A stretch of DNA of 64,000 nt from Kofleriaceae bacterium (lineage in GTDB: Bacteria > Myxococcota_A > Polyangia > Haliangiales > Haliangiaceae): assembly GCA_965215005.1 (NCBI GenBank), contig CBDCCZ010000018.1, positions 192,001-256,000 on the forward strand. The letters are read 5' to 3'. This document shows positions 32,870 through 42,688 of this stretch, piece after piece. Each line of letters begins with the position of its first letter. Position 1 is the first letter of the stretch. Below the pieces are notes generated by a model. The model was not told the origin of the DNA, searched no databases, and saw nothing but the letters and a program-made list of their open reading frames with translations. The translations under genes and the position numbers were made by a program.

Positions 32870-34927
32870 CTAGCGTCTGGCGCGATTGGACAGGCCCGTG
32901 TGCTCGAGCAACGCGCGCACGTCGGGCCCGCGACCGCGAAATGCCTCGAAGACCTCGCTGGGCGGGCGACTGCCGCCCAAGGCCAAAACCGTCTCGCGAA
33001 ACCGCCGCCCGGTCGCCGCCACCGCCTCGGGATCGTCGAGGCCGGCTTCCTCGAAGGCGGCAAAGGCGTCGGCCGACAGCACTTCGGCCCATTTGTAGCT
33101 GTAGTATCCGGCGGCGTAGCCACCGGCGAAGATATGCCCAAAGCTGCACAAGAAGCGATCCTCGGCCAGCGGCGGTAGCGGTGAGCTCTCCGCGGCGACG
33201 CGTCGCTGCACCGCAAGGAAATCGGCGATGGGGCCATTATGGAGCTCGAGGTCCAGGGTCGCGAAGTAAACCTGCCGCGCGGTTTGATAGGCGGCGCGGT
33301 AGTTCTTGGCGGCAAGGATCTTGGCGAAAAGCTCCTCGGGCAGGGTCTGGCCGGTATCGACGTGCCGGGCCATCGGCAGGATGACCTCGGGCCTGTAGCA
33401 CCAGTTCTCCATGAACTGGCTCGGCAGCTCCACCGCGTCCCACTCGATGTTGCGAATGCCGGCGGCCGCGGGATGGTCAACCTCGGTGAGCATGTGCTGC
33501 AGGCCGTGACCAAACTCGTGAAACAGCGTCTCGACCTCGATGAAGGTCATCAGCGCCGGCCGCTCGCCCACCGGCGGCGTTGCATTGCAGATCAGGTAGG
33601 CGATCGGCGCGCGCACCGAGCCATCGACGCGTCGCATCCGGTCCAAGGCGGCATTCATCCAAGCTCCGCCGCGCTTGTCTCCGGGGCGACTGAACGGATC
33701 GAGATAAAAGCCAGCGAGCTCGGTGCCGTCGGCGTCGGCGACGCGAAAAAAGCGCACGTCGGGATGCCACACCGGCGCCTGCCCATCAGCGGCGGTGATG
33801 GTGACCTGGAACAAGCGCTGCGCCGTGGCAAACAGGCCTTCGAGCACGCGTGGCTGCGAGAAGTATGGTCGCAGGTCCTCTTCACTATAGGCGTAGCGCT
33901 CTTCACGCAGCCGCTCGGCCCAGTACGGCACGTCCCATAATGCGAGCTCGAGCCCGGGCTCGCTAGTGCGGCGAGCAGCCAGCGCCGTGAGCTCGTCCTG
34001 CTCGGCACGCGCCGCCGGCAGCGCAACCTGTCGCAGCTGCTCGAGGAGAAGCTCCACGGCAGCGACATCCGGCGCCATTTTCACCGCCAAGCTCATAGCC
34101 GCAAAGCTCTCGAAGCCGAGCAATGTGGCTTTCTCGTGGCGTAGCTCGAGGATGCGCTTGATGATCGGTTGGTTGTCGTGGGGCTCGCTCGATGCGCGAC
34201 TTATGAAAGCGCGATAAATTTGCTCGCGAAGGTCGCGACGCGTGCTGTGCTCGAGAAACGGCACGAAGCTCGGCGCATCGAGAGTGATCTTCCACGGCCC
34301 GAGCTCGGGATCCTCGGCTCCGGCGGCCTGCGCCGCGCGAGCCCGCGCGCTCGCGGGCAGCCCCTCCACATCCTCGACCGACGATAGCTCGAGGGCGAAC
34401 GCCTTGGTCGCGTCGAGGACGTTGTTGTTAAAACGCGTCGCCAACTCAGCGAGCTCGGTCGCAATGGCGCTGAAGCGCAGCTTGGCGCTGCCTTGCAGCC
34501 CTACACCGGCTCGCTCCGCCGATTGAATCGAGCTCTCGAGGATGCGCCGCTGCGCTGCATCGAGGCGCTCCCACTGCAGGCCCGTGGCCATCGCCTTCAT
34601 CGCCTGATAGATCGGTGCGCTCTGCTCCACGCGCATAAGTCCCTGCACCACGTCCGATTGGACTGCATCGTGCGCGCTGCGCAGCTCGGGGCGGTTGCGC
34701 ACCGAGAGCAGGTGCTTGACCACGCCCCACGCTCGGCTCACCGGCTCGATCAGGTCCTCGAGGGGAATCATCAGCGTCTCCCAGCTGGTGCCTGGAGTCG
34801 CCTCGAGAGCCGCAAGTCGCTCAGCCATGGTCGCCAGCAGTGCGCGCATCGCGGGCTCGACGTGGGCGGGCTCGATGACATCGAAGGCCGGCAGCTCAGG
34901 TAACTCGAGAAGAGGATTTTGCGACAT
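32870..34927 (-). CDS. prlC: Oligopeptidase A (M3 family)
   Basis: FHEFGHGLQH, WDAVELPSQFME and GYAAGYYSYKWAE motifs. Confidence 0.92.
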   Translation of the reverse strand: MSQNPLLELPELPAFDVIEPAHVEPAMRALLATMAERLAALEATPGTSWETLMIPLEDLIEPVSRAWGVVKHLLSVRNRPELRSAHDAVQSDVVQGLMRVEQSAPIYQAMKAMATGLQWERLDAAQRRILESSIQSAERAGVGLQGSAKLRFSAIATELAELATRFNNNVLDATKAFALELSSVEDVEGLPASARARAAQAAGAEDPELGPWKITLDAPSFVPFLEHSTRRDLREQIYRAFISRASSEPHDNQPIIKRILELRHEKATLLGFESFAAMSLAVKMAPDVAAVELLLEQLRQVALPAARAEQDELTALAARRTSEPGLELALWDVPYWAERLREERYAYSEEDLRPYFSQPRVLEGLFATAQRLFQVTITAADGQAPVWHPDVRFFRVADADGTELAGFYLDPFSRPGDKRGGAWMNAALDRMRRVDGSVRAPIAYLICNATPPVGERPALMTFIEVETLFHEFGHGLQHMLTEVDHPAAAGIRNIEWDAVELPSQFMENWCYRPEVILPMARHVDTGQTLPEELFAKILAAKNYRAAYQTARQVYFATLDLELHNGPIADFLAVQRRVAAESSPLPPLAEDRFLCSFGHIFAGGYAAGYYSYKWAEVLSADAFAAFEEAGLDDPEAVAATGRRFRETVLALGGSRPPSEVFEAFRGRGPDVRALLEHTGLSNRARR

Positions 34928-35058
34928 CGGTCTCATGGTACCGCCGCCCTCGATGCTGTGCAGGGGCCGGTGTGTGAGGTCCCACTGCGACCGGCGAAGG
35001 CTCCAGTGCGGCACCCGCGCCGTGGGCGCAACGAGGCGAGATCACGAGTGAGAAGCTG

Positions 35059-35074
35059 CGGCATGCGGTTTGCG
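35059..35074 (+). promoter_or_regulatory. Putative sigma54 promoter
   Basis: CGGCATGCGGTTTGCG; 13 nt between GC and ATG 35087. Confidence 0.5.
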
Positions 35075-35086
35075 AATGCCCCGAGC

Positions 35087-35680
35087 ATGCGACGTATGGC
35101 GAGCTCTCTGTTGTTAATCGGCGCTCTGGCGCTCTCGCTTCCTGCTTGTGTGGTCGGCGAGGGCATGACCCCGATGGGAAGTCCGGGCACCGACGCCGGT
35201 GGCCCTGCCGGCGACGGTAGCCCGACAGGCGGCGCGGTTCCGACGCCTGGCGATCCCAACGCGCCCACAGGCGGTGCCGATGCCGGTCCAGCGGCGGTCG
35301 ACACCCTGGCCGCTTTCGGCGCGTGCATGACGCTGGCCGATTGGGACGCGGCCAATCTCGGGCAGATCGCGCTGATTCAAAGCAATCAAGGCGCCTGCAC
35401 GACCTGCCACGGCGCCGGCACCTACGGCGTCTATCTCAACGCCGACAACGTGCTCACCTTCGAGCAGTCGAAGGTCCGCCCGTACGTGCTGCAATACGCC
35501 GATTTAGGCGTGCAGGACGAGTTCGTTCTGCCCGATACGTTGGTAGTCAAAGGTCAAGATCCTGCCCACCCGAGCTACACGATGCCGGCGGCGTTGCAGC
35601 AGGGCCTACAGCAGTTCTTCGACGCCACCAACGCCCGCTACGTCGCCAATGGCGGCAACTGCCCGGCGGAAGCACTGTAA
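35087..35680 (+). CDS. Lipoprotein with a single CxxCH (possible monoheme cytochrome c)
   Basis: Lipobox LPAC, Gly/Pro linker, CTTCHG. Confidence 0.65.
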   Translation: MRRMASSLLLIGALALSLPACVVGEGMTPMGSPGTDAGGPAGDGSPTGGAVPTPGDPNAPTGGADAGPAAVDTLAAFGACMTLADWDAANLGQIALIQSNQGACTTCHGAGTYGVYLNADNVLTFEQSKVRPYVLQYADLGVQDEFVLPDTLVVKGQDPAHPSYTMPAALQQGLQQFFDATNARYVANGGNCPAEAL

Positions 35681-35812
35681 ACCTCGCCGGCAGCGACGCC
35701 GGTGATGTGGCGACGCTGCTGGTGCGACCTCTTCCCTCGCCCTGTCGGTTTTCCCGCGAGTTCGGCAACTCTGGCCGGCAACCACTCGCCGGCAAGCAGC
35801 TACAATGGCTGC

Positions 35813-37018
35813 GTGGCGCTGCTCCTGGACATCGCGAAGCTCTTGCGCTGGCAAGACATCGTCGATGTCGCGATTCTCACCCTGCTGCTGTTTCGCGCGT
35901 ATCTGTGGCTTCGCGGCACCGTCGCGCTGCAGGTGCTGATCGGCATGCTCATCCTCGTCGGCAGTGGCTTCGTCGCTGCCGAGCTCGGACTGATCCTCAC
36001 GGCGTACGTGCTGCAAGCGCTGGGCGCGGTAGTCACGCTAACCGCGGTGGTGCTATTTCGGGACGAGATCCGCCAGGGCCTGCGGCAAGCCAATCCACTG
36101 CGCTGGTGGCGCTCGCGTAAGAGCAGCGGCGAGCAGCGCGATCAATACGTCGAGCTTGCCGAGAGTGTCTTTGCGCTGGCACAAAAGCGCATTGGGGCAC
36201 TCGTGGTGCTCCCTGGGATCGATCAGGTCGACGAGCACGTCACCGGCGGCACCGAGCTCGACGCGCGCCTCTCGCCGCTGTTGTTCGAGGCCATCTTCCA
36301 CACCGGCTCGCCCATCCATGATGGCGCAGCCGTGGTTGATGGCGCATGCGTTCGACGCGCCGGTGCGTTCCTGCCGCTCAGCACGTCGGCGCAGCTGCCC
36401 AAGCGCTATGGCACGCGGCATCGCGCGGCCGCCGGTCTCACCGAGCAGTGCGACGCCGTGGTGCTCATCGCCAGCGAGGAAAGCGGCAACGTCTCACTCG
36501 CAGCCGCCGGGCGCATCGCCGTTGCACCCACGCCGGAGGTGCTCGCTGAGCGCATTGCGCGGACGGTGGGACGCGGCAGCTCACCCGCACCACGAAGAGC
36601 CACGATGATGATCGCGGCCACAGCCACGCCGTCGCGGCGCCGGCTCATCGACACCGCCTGGTTCTCCGGAATCTTGGTGTTCGTGTTGACCGCCTGGTAC
36701 TCGGTCGCCGGCGACCGCAACACCATCATCACGCCCACGGTCCCGCTCGAGCTGCGCAATCTGCCCGCAGGACTCGATGTCGATCCACCGCAGCCGGCGC
36801 AAGTGACGCTGCACCTGCGTGGACCTCGCAAGCTGCTCCTCGAAAGCGATCGCGATGAGCTGGAGACGTGGGTCAATCTCGATAAGCTCGAGCCCGGTGT
36901 CCGCCGCATGAACGTTTCCGCGGCGGCTCCGGCCGGCGTCGTGGTCGAGAAGGTTCAGCCCGACACGGTCGTGTTGCGCGCTCGCAAGGCGCCGCCTACG
37001 CCCAAGCTCAAGCGTTAA
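35813..37018 (+). CDS. cdaA: Diadenylate cyclase CdaA (DisA_N) fused to a YbbR/CdaR domain
   Basis: 3 N-terminal TMs; IHDGA and GTRHRAA catalytic motifs; extra TM then YbbR-like VPLELRNLP...VTLHLRGP. Confidence 0.85.
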   Translation: MALLLDIAKLLRWQDIVDVAILTLLLFRAYLWLRGTVALQVLIGMLILVGSGFVAAELGLILTAYVLQALGAVVTLTAVVLFRDEIRQGLRQANPLRWWRSRKSSGEQRDQYVELAESVFALAQKRIGALVVLPGIDQVDEHVTGGTELDARLSPLLFEAIFHTGSPIHDGAAVVDGACVRRAGAFLPLSTSAQLPKRYGTRHRAAAGLTEQCDAVVLIASEESGNVSLAAAGRIAVAPTPEVLAERIARTVGRGSSPAPRRATMMIAATATPSRRRLIDTAWFSGILVFVLTAWYSVAGDRNTIITPTVPLELRNLPAGLDVDPPQPAQVTLHLRGPRKLLLESDRDELETWVNLDKLEPGVRRMNVSAAAPAGVVVEKVQPDTVVLRARKAPPTPKLKR

Positions 37019-37024
37019 CGGGCA

Positions 37025-37843
37025 TCACTGCCGCGCCAGGGCCAGCAGCTGCTCGGCGCGCGCTGGCGTATCGGCCAGCGCATAGGCGCCAAGTCCCACG
37101 CCCACCCCGGGATCCCGTCGCTGCCACGGACCGTCGGCAAGTAGCACAGCGCCGCCTGCTTCGGTCACCGCCAAAAAGCCGATGGCACGGCGGCGGTCGG
37201 TGTCGCCGAGGTGAACCGAGCCGAGGCCGCGGCCCAGTGCCGGTGCTGCACTATCGACCGCTGAGCACCGCGACAGCTCGACCTCGTACTGCTCCGCGAG
37301 CCGCTCGCGCAGCCGTCGCGGCGTTCGCGGCGGCACCAAGATCCGCGGCGGCAGCTCGGCCACGTGCACTCGCTCGGTGCGACCACCATCGGCGCAGCGA
37401 TAGCAACCACCACCCGCGATAGCCCAATACGTCACGCGCCACGCCGGATAGTAGAGAACCACCGCATCGAAGCGAGCCTGCTCGACCCACGCGCCCATCA
37501 CCGCGTAGTCCTTGGAACCGCGCAGATAGTTGAAGCTGCCGTCGATCGGATCGACCACCACGAGCGGCTGCGCGACGTCGGGCGGAGCGAAGCGAGCAAC
37601 GCTTTGCGTATCCTCTTCGGCATCCATGGCGACATCGCCAAAGCTCTCGGCCAGTCGCAGTAGCAGAACGTCCTGCGCCGCCAGATCGGCCGCCGAGAGT
37701 GCTTCTCCTTCCGGACACGAGAAGCCCTCTTTGCCGACGTTCTCCACTTCTCCTTGCAGGCGACGTGCAACGGCACCGGCTTGCGCCGCCGCGGCGCGAA
37801 ACACCTCGACGAACTTCTCCGCGCGCGGTTGAGCAGCTGCCAT
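37025..37843 (-). CDS. Inositol monophosphatase family protein
   Basis: AADLAAQ, AEE and VVDPIDGSFNY motifs. Confidence 0.85.
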   Translation of the reverse strand: MAAAQPRAEKFVEVFRAAAAQAGAVARRLQGEVENVGKEGFSCPEGEALSAADLAAQDVLLLRLAESFGDVAMDAEEDTQSVARFAPPDVAQPLVVVDPIDGSFNYLRGSKDYAVMGAWVEQARFDAVVLYYPAWRVTYWAIAGGGCYRCADGGRTERVHVAELPPRILVPPRTPRRLRERLAEQYEVELSRCSAVDSAAPALGRGLGSVHLGDTDRRRAIGFLAVTEAGGAVLLADGPWQRRDPGVGVGLGAYALADTPARAEQLLALARQ

Positions 37844-37888
37844 CCTCGCAACGTACGCTGGCGCTAGGCGCGCTGCAAACCCGTGAGC

Positions 37889-40054
37889 TCAGCCATCGAG
37901 CCGCGCCAGCGGTAGCCGGACGAGCGAGCCATCGGCAGCAAACGACTCGAGCCACTGGTCGGCGCCGGGATCGGCGCTGCCATCGAGCTCGCCGCTCTTG
38001 CGCGAAGCTCTCGCGTGGCGCCACCGCCCTGCTTCCCAGCCGTCGCCGGCATCTTCAAAGACCGCGCCGCGGGCGGTTTCTGGCTCCATCCCGGCGCGCC
38101 AGATCAACGGCTGCCACCAGGCGCTGCCGGTGTGCGCGCGCGGTTCCGTCATCGGCACCAGCGAGCCGCCGCGTTGCAGCAGTGGACAGCGTTCAAGCGG
38201 CGCCGACACCTGCACCCGCGCCGGCCCGCGATGCAGGCTGCCGGTCCAGAAATCTGTCCACCACCCTTCCGGCAGGTACACCTGCCGCTCGCGGATCCCC
38301 GGCGCCAGCACGGGCGCGGCCAGCAACGCATCCCCCAACATCAGCTGCGAGTCGAGTGCACCGACCTCGGGATCTTCAGGCCACTCATAGACCAGCGGTC
38401 GCAGGATCGGCTGCCCTTCGGTGGCGGCGAGGCGCGCCAGCGTATAGAGATACGGCAGCAGTCGATAGCGCAGCCGCAGTGCCTGGCGGCTCGCGGCCAG
38501 CACCTGCTCGCCGAATCGCCACGGCTCTTGCCGGCAGGTGTCGTGAGCGCTGTGATTGCGCAGAAACGGATAGAACACCCCGAGCCACAGCCAACGGGCC
38601 AGCAGCTCTCCGTCAGCATCACCGGAAAAACCACCGACATCCGCACCGCAGAAGGGCATGCCGCTGAGGCCGAGGTTGCATAGCATTGGAATGGATTGCG
38701 CCAGGTGCTCCCAATTGCTTTCGTTGTCACCTGTCCAGATGAACGCGTAGCGGTGAAGGTCCGCGTAGCCAGCGCGACTCAGCACAAACGGGCGTCGCTC
38801 CGGCCGCTGCGACGCGAGCGCCGCTTGCGTCGCTTCGCACATGCGCGAGCCGTAGAGGTTGTGGACCTGGTCGTGCGAGCCGCTCTGGTGAACGACATCG
38901 GCGGGAAAATCACAGGGAGCGCCCTTGCTGTCGTGGCTCACGGGCTCGTTCATGTCGTTCCAGAAGCCCGCAACACCAAGGTCGGTATAGAAACGGTGTT
39001 GCTCGCCCCACCACGCGCGGACCCGCTCGGAAGTGAAATCGGGCCACACGGTTCGTCCTGCCCAAAGACGCCCGTGCCACACGTGCCCGCGCCGGTGCAC
39101 GAAGACGTCCTCGGCCAAGCCGGCTTCGTAGAGCTGCACACCTGATTCGGCTTTGACCGCGGGATCGACGATTACCACCGTGCGGATATCATGCTCGGCG
39201 AGCGTGGCGATGGTCTGCGCCGGCTCGGGAAACGCGGCGCGATCGAAGGAGAACACCTCGAACGCGTCCATGTGGTCGATATCGAGCCACAGCGCGTCGA
39301 GGGGCAGCTGCCGGCGGCGATGCTCACGCGCCATCGCCACCAGCTCCTCGGCGCTCGCCTGGCCCCAGCGACTGTGATGATAGCCAAACGCCCACAGCGG
39401 CGGCATCGGTGCGGTTCCCATGAGCGCCGCGTACCGAGCCAGAATATCGGCTGGCCGGGGGCCCGCGAGCAAGTAGACGTCGAGCCGAGGAGACTGGGCG
39501 CACACTCGCACGTCGGCGCCGCGCAGGTCGATGGTGGTGCGGCGAGGCTCGTCGACGAACATCGCCGTGCAGTGGCCGTTGTCTTCGACGATCATCGTCA
39601 AGGTATGGGTGAGATACAGCGGGTCGTCCTCGGGTCCATACGCGGGCTTGTCGCTGTTCCAGTTGCTCCAACGCCTGCCGCGTTTGTCGAGACCACCGGT
39701 GCGCTCACCGAGCCCGTAGCAGCGATAGCCGCGGGAGGGCGTTAGCCAAACCTCGATGCCCTCGCGCTGATGCCACTGCAGCCGACTCTGATGCCACTGC
39801 AGCTCCGCAGCGGCGCCGCAAATGTGAACGACGTCTGAGTCGGCTTGCAGCTCGAGCCAAGGCGGCTCGTGGCGACAACGGACCGGGCGACGCGCTGGGC
39901 GAGCGACGCCTAAGGCCGCACCACCTCCCGCAGCAGCCCACGCCAACCGCCAGATTCCTGGCCCCGGCGAGCTCACCGTCAGAGCGCCGGCCAAGCCTGC
40001 GAAGTGCCATTGATCATGTTCTGCCGTGCACTGCGGCAGCGCCAAACGCGTCAC
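37889..40054 (-). CDS. Glycoside hydrolase family 31 (alpha-glucosidase)
   Basis: YGLGE, LDIDHM, GFWNDMNEP, WTGDN, GADVGGF and RNHS motifs. Confidence 0.92.
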   Translation of the reverse strand: MTRLALPQCTAEHDQWHFAGLAGALTVSSPGPGIWRLAWAAAGGGAALGVARPARRPVRCRHEPPWLELQADSDVVHICGAAAELQWHQSRLQWHQREGIEVWLTPSRGYRCYGLGERTGGLDKRGRRWSNWNSDKPAYGPEDDPLYLTHTLTMIVEDNGHCTAMFVDEPRRTTIDLRGADVRVCAQSPRLDVYLLAGPRPADILARYAALMGTAPMPPLWAFGYHHSRWGQASAEELVAMAREHRRRQLPLDALWLDIDHMDAFEVFSFDRAAFPEPAQTIATLAEHDIRTVVIVDPAVKAESGVQLYEAGLAEDVFVHRRGHVWHGRLWAGRTVWPDFTSERVRAWWGEQHRFYTDLGVAGFWNDMNEPVSHDSKGAPCDFPADVVHQSGSHDQVHNLYGSRMCEATQAALASQRPERRPFVLSRAGYADLHRYAFIWTGDNESNWEHLAQSIPMLCNLGLSGMPFCGADVGGFSGDADGELLARWLWLGVFYPFLRNHSAHDTCRQEPWRFGEQVLAASRQALRLRYRLLPYLYTLARLAATEGQPILRPLVYEWPEDPEVGALDSQLMLGDALLAAPVLAPGIRERQVYLPEGWWTDFWTGSLHRGPARVQVSAPLERCPLLQRGGSLVPMTEPRAHTGSAWWQPLIWRAGMEPETARGAVFEDAGDGWEAGRWRHARASRKSGELDGSADPGADQWLESFAADGSLVRLPLARLDG

Positions 40055-40115
40055 CGCTGCAGTATGCGTTCACGCAGCGGCGCTGGCTCGATGCACCGCG
40101 GGGCCGGAGGCGCAC

Positions 40116-40439
40116 TCACCGCAGCCGCGGCAGGCCGCTCATTCCTGCGCGGCAAAGATACTGGCGCACGCGGGCGATGAGGATGCCGACCGCTTGCCCC
40201 TCGACATCATCGCCGGCCGGCATTTCGTGCGCCATGGCATCGAGATGGCACACGGCCTCTTCCATGGTGTGGAGCTGGGTGCCAAGAGCGGCTGCCAAGT
40301 CCAAGGTGCGGCGCCGGAATGGCTCTAACAAAGGGCCACGCAGCGGCGCGGTGACGGCTTGCTCGCGCAGCCAGTTCCGCAGGGTAGGAAGGTCAATGGT
40401 AACAGCATTGTTCATAGGGAAGGCGAGCCGGTCATCCAT
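40116..40439 (-). CDS. Small hypothetical protein
   Basis: Helical-looking ORF filling the gap upstream of GH31; start 40439 or 40415. Confidence 0.45.
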   Translation of the reverse strand: MDDRLAFPMNNAVTIDLPTLRNWLREQAVTAPLRGPLLEPFRRRTLDLAAALGTQLHTMEEAVCHLDAMAHEMPAGDDVEGQAVGILIARVRQYLCRAGMSGLPRLR

Positions 40440-40447
40440 GACCGGCT
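40426..40447. promoter_or_regulatory. Perfect palindrome, operator-like
   Basis: AGCCGGTCAT-CC-ATGACCGGCT. Confidence 0.4.
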
Positions 40448-40620
40448 GACCACGCCAGCATAGGCAACCAACGGTGGCGGGTGGTGGCAGGACTAGGCAA
40501 AGTTCTGACACCGGGAGGCGCCCTACCCGGGCCGCGACGCCACCTGCAATCGATAACATTCTGGCGTTCCGCCTTTCCCTCCCGCGCCGAGCGCGCTAGC
40601 GATCATGAAAGGAGGTTTCG

Positions 40621-40911
40621 TTGACGGGAGACATCGCCACCGAAGACGCGTTGGTCCAACGCCGCATCGAGCGCGACTTGCGTACCGGGCTCATAGACAC
40701 CGCCGATCTCGACGTCGAGCCGCCCGAGGAGCTCGCTCCGGGCTGCTACCGCATGCTGGTGCGCGCGTTCGTCGAGGCGGGCCCCGGGGATGAGGCCAAA
40801 GCCGCACTCGAGTCTTACTACCTCTATGTCCGCAATCGCCGGCGCCGACGGCGGGCCGCTCCCGAGGCAGAATCCAGTGCGGGTCCCGACCTATCGCGGT
40901 GGATCCGCTGA
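40621..40911 (+). CDS. Small hypothetical protein (96 aa)
   Basis: Strong AAGGAGG RBS before the TTG start. Confidence 0.6.
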   Translation: MTGDIATEDALVQRRIERDLRTGLIDTADLDVEPPEELAPGCYRMLVRAFVEAGPGDEAKAALESYYLYVRNRRRRRRAAPEAESSAGPDLSRWIR

Positions 40912-42573
40912 CGGCGGCGCATCGGTCGAAGCCGCGGCAGCGGCGGCGCATCGAGCCGACTCTGGCGGCACCAGCGGCGACCGCGCGAGCTCGTCGCGAC
41001 AACGCAATCGCCATTGGCGCGCCGGACCGTAGGTAGCCTCGATCGCGAGCGAGGCCTCGAATTGCTCGAGCGCTTCGTGCACCTGCCCGAGCTTGTAGTG
41101 GCAGAGGCCCATGTTGAAGTAGGTCACCTCATGCGGCCCGGTCGCAGCAAGCGAGTGCTCATATAAATGAAGCGCTTCGCTGTGACGCCCAATGCCGTAG
41201 AGCAGCACCGCAAGCTCGAACGGCAGGTCCTCGCCATCGTCGGCTTGGTAGTGCAGTTTCCAGACCTCGGCCAACGCATCTCGGAGGCGATGTTGCTGCT
41301 CTTCCGTGGCCTCAGCGAGGACCTCTTGCAGTCGCGGCGCCATCGCCAAGAGCGTCTGCGGATCCCAGCGGGCGATGCGAAGCAGCGCCAAGAGCTGCGC
41401 AAGCGGCGTGTTCTCCGCGAGGTCGCCGCAGCTGAGCTCGAACACCTCGAGAGGGCCGACCTCATCCATGAGCTCCCCGAAGCCGGCACGCGCGCGCGGC
41501 ACCAGGGCCGCTGGCAAGGTGGACAGAGCCACCAACTCCAACGCGGCGTCGCGGCCCGCCGTGCGCTGCCAAAACCCGCCGCGCCCGGTCACGAATCGGC
41601 CTAGCGCGTCGAAGTTGACCATCATCGAGACGCTGCCGTGGCTCACGATCTCCGGCTCCGACTGCTCCGAGAGCTGGTGCAAGCCGGTGTAGCCTTTGTC
41701 GGCGGCAAGAACGAACAACCGGCCGTTGGCGATGCCATCGAGACGACTTAGGCAACGAAGCGCGCCGAGCGGAAACGGCACGGCGGTGTTGCCGAGCGAT
41801 CCGATATAGGCGGCGAGGATCGCGTCGAGCTCAGCGTCATCGTAGGGCGCCTGCGAACACGGTCGCCAGACGTAACGCACTCGCAGGTGATCGAGCGAGT
41901 CATCACCGCTCACGCGTTTGGGGTCGGAAAGAAGCTCGGCGAGCCCCTCTTCTAGACACCCGCGGCGCACCCGAAATACGTCGTGGACGATGCTATCGAA
42001 GACGTAGTTGGCGATCACCACCATCGGCGTGGTCTGGCTTCCCGGTTCCAGACACTGCCCCGAGATCGCCAGCTCGAGACGAGTGTCGCGCTCGGCGTCG
42101 AACTGAGCAACATCGAGCAGGCCCTCGCGCACCAGCGGCGCTAACTGCGGATGAGAACGCCAGTGCTCGAGGTTCGTGGCAGTGAAGTCGGTGACCACGT
42201 ATTGCACCGGCGGCAGCGGCATCGGCGCCCTCGCCCGCCGCTCTTGCAGCTTGCGCAGAAAGAGGAACGCAAAGTAGCCGCTGCCGCCGCCGAGCTCGAC
42301 GATGGGAATCGGCGTGTCATCCACGAGCTCCTCGATCACGAGATCTTCCAAGAGCCGGCACACCACGGAGGCGTAGGCCTCGGCCATGAACGCGTTTGAC
42401 GTGGCGTGGGTGGGAACCAGCCGCTCACTCCACGCTCGCGCCCCCCGCTGGTCATAGAACCGGCGCTGCAAGCTCCAAAGCCGCGAGCGCGATAGCCGTC
42501 TGGCAGCCTCGATCAGAACCTCATCCTGGGGCGGGGAATCGTCGGGATCGGCCACGAGGGCGGAGGCTAGCAT
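40891..42573 (-). CDS. SAM-dependent methyltransferase (MidA/NDUFAF7-like) with C-terminal TPRs
   Basis: IVELGGGSG, IANYVFDS, DKGY motifs; TPR YFNMGLCHYKLGQVHEALEQF. Confidence 0.75.
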   Translation of the reverse strand: MLASALVADPDDSPPQDEVLIEAARRLSRSRLWSLQRRFYDQRGARAWSERLVPTHATSNAFMAEAYASVVCRLLEDLVIEELVDDTPIPIVELGGGSGYFAFLFLRKLQERRARAPMPLPPVQYVVTDFTATNLEHWRSHPQLAPLVREGLLDVAQFDAERDTRLELAISGQCLEPGSQTTPMVVIANYVFDSIVHDVFRVRRGCLEEGLAELLSDPKRVSGDDSLDHLRVRYVWRPCSQAPYDDAELDAILAAYIGSLGNTAVPFPLGALRCLSRLDGIANGRLFVLAADKGYTGLHQLSEQSEPEIVSHGSVSMMVNFDALGRFVTGRGGFWQRTAGRDAALELVALSTLPAALVPRARAGFGELMDEVGPLEVFELSCGDLAENTPLAQLLALLRIARWDPQTLLAMAPRLQEVLAEATEEQQHRLRDALAEVWKLHYQADDGEDLPFELAVLLYGIGRHSEALHLYEHSLAATGPHEVTYFNMGLCHYKLGQVHEALEQFEASLAIEATYGPARQWRLRCRDELARSPLVPPESARCAAAAAASTDAPPSADPPR

Positions 42574-42688
42574 GGCCGACGCAACGGAGTGGGTGCCGGC
42601 GGCTGGTGTAGGCGCAGCAGTGAAGATCGCAAGCGCCTCACGAAGGCAGTTAGGATTTGCTTCAAAGTGGCCGATGGCAGGAATCGCT

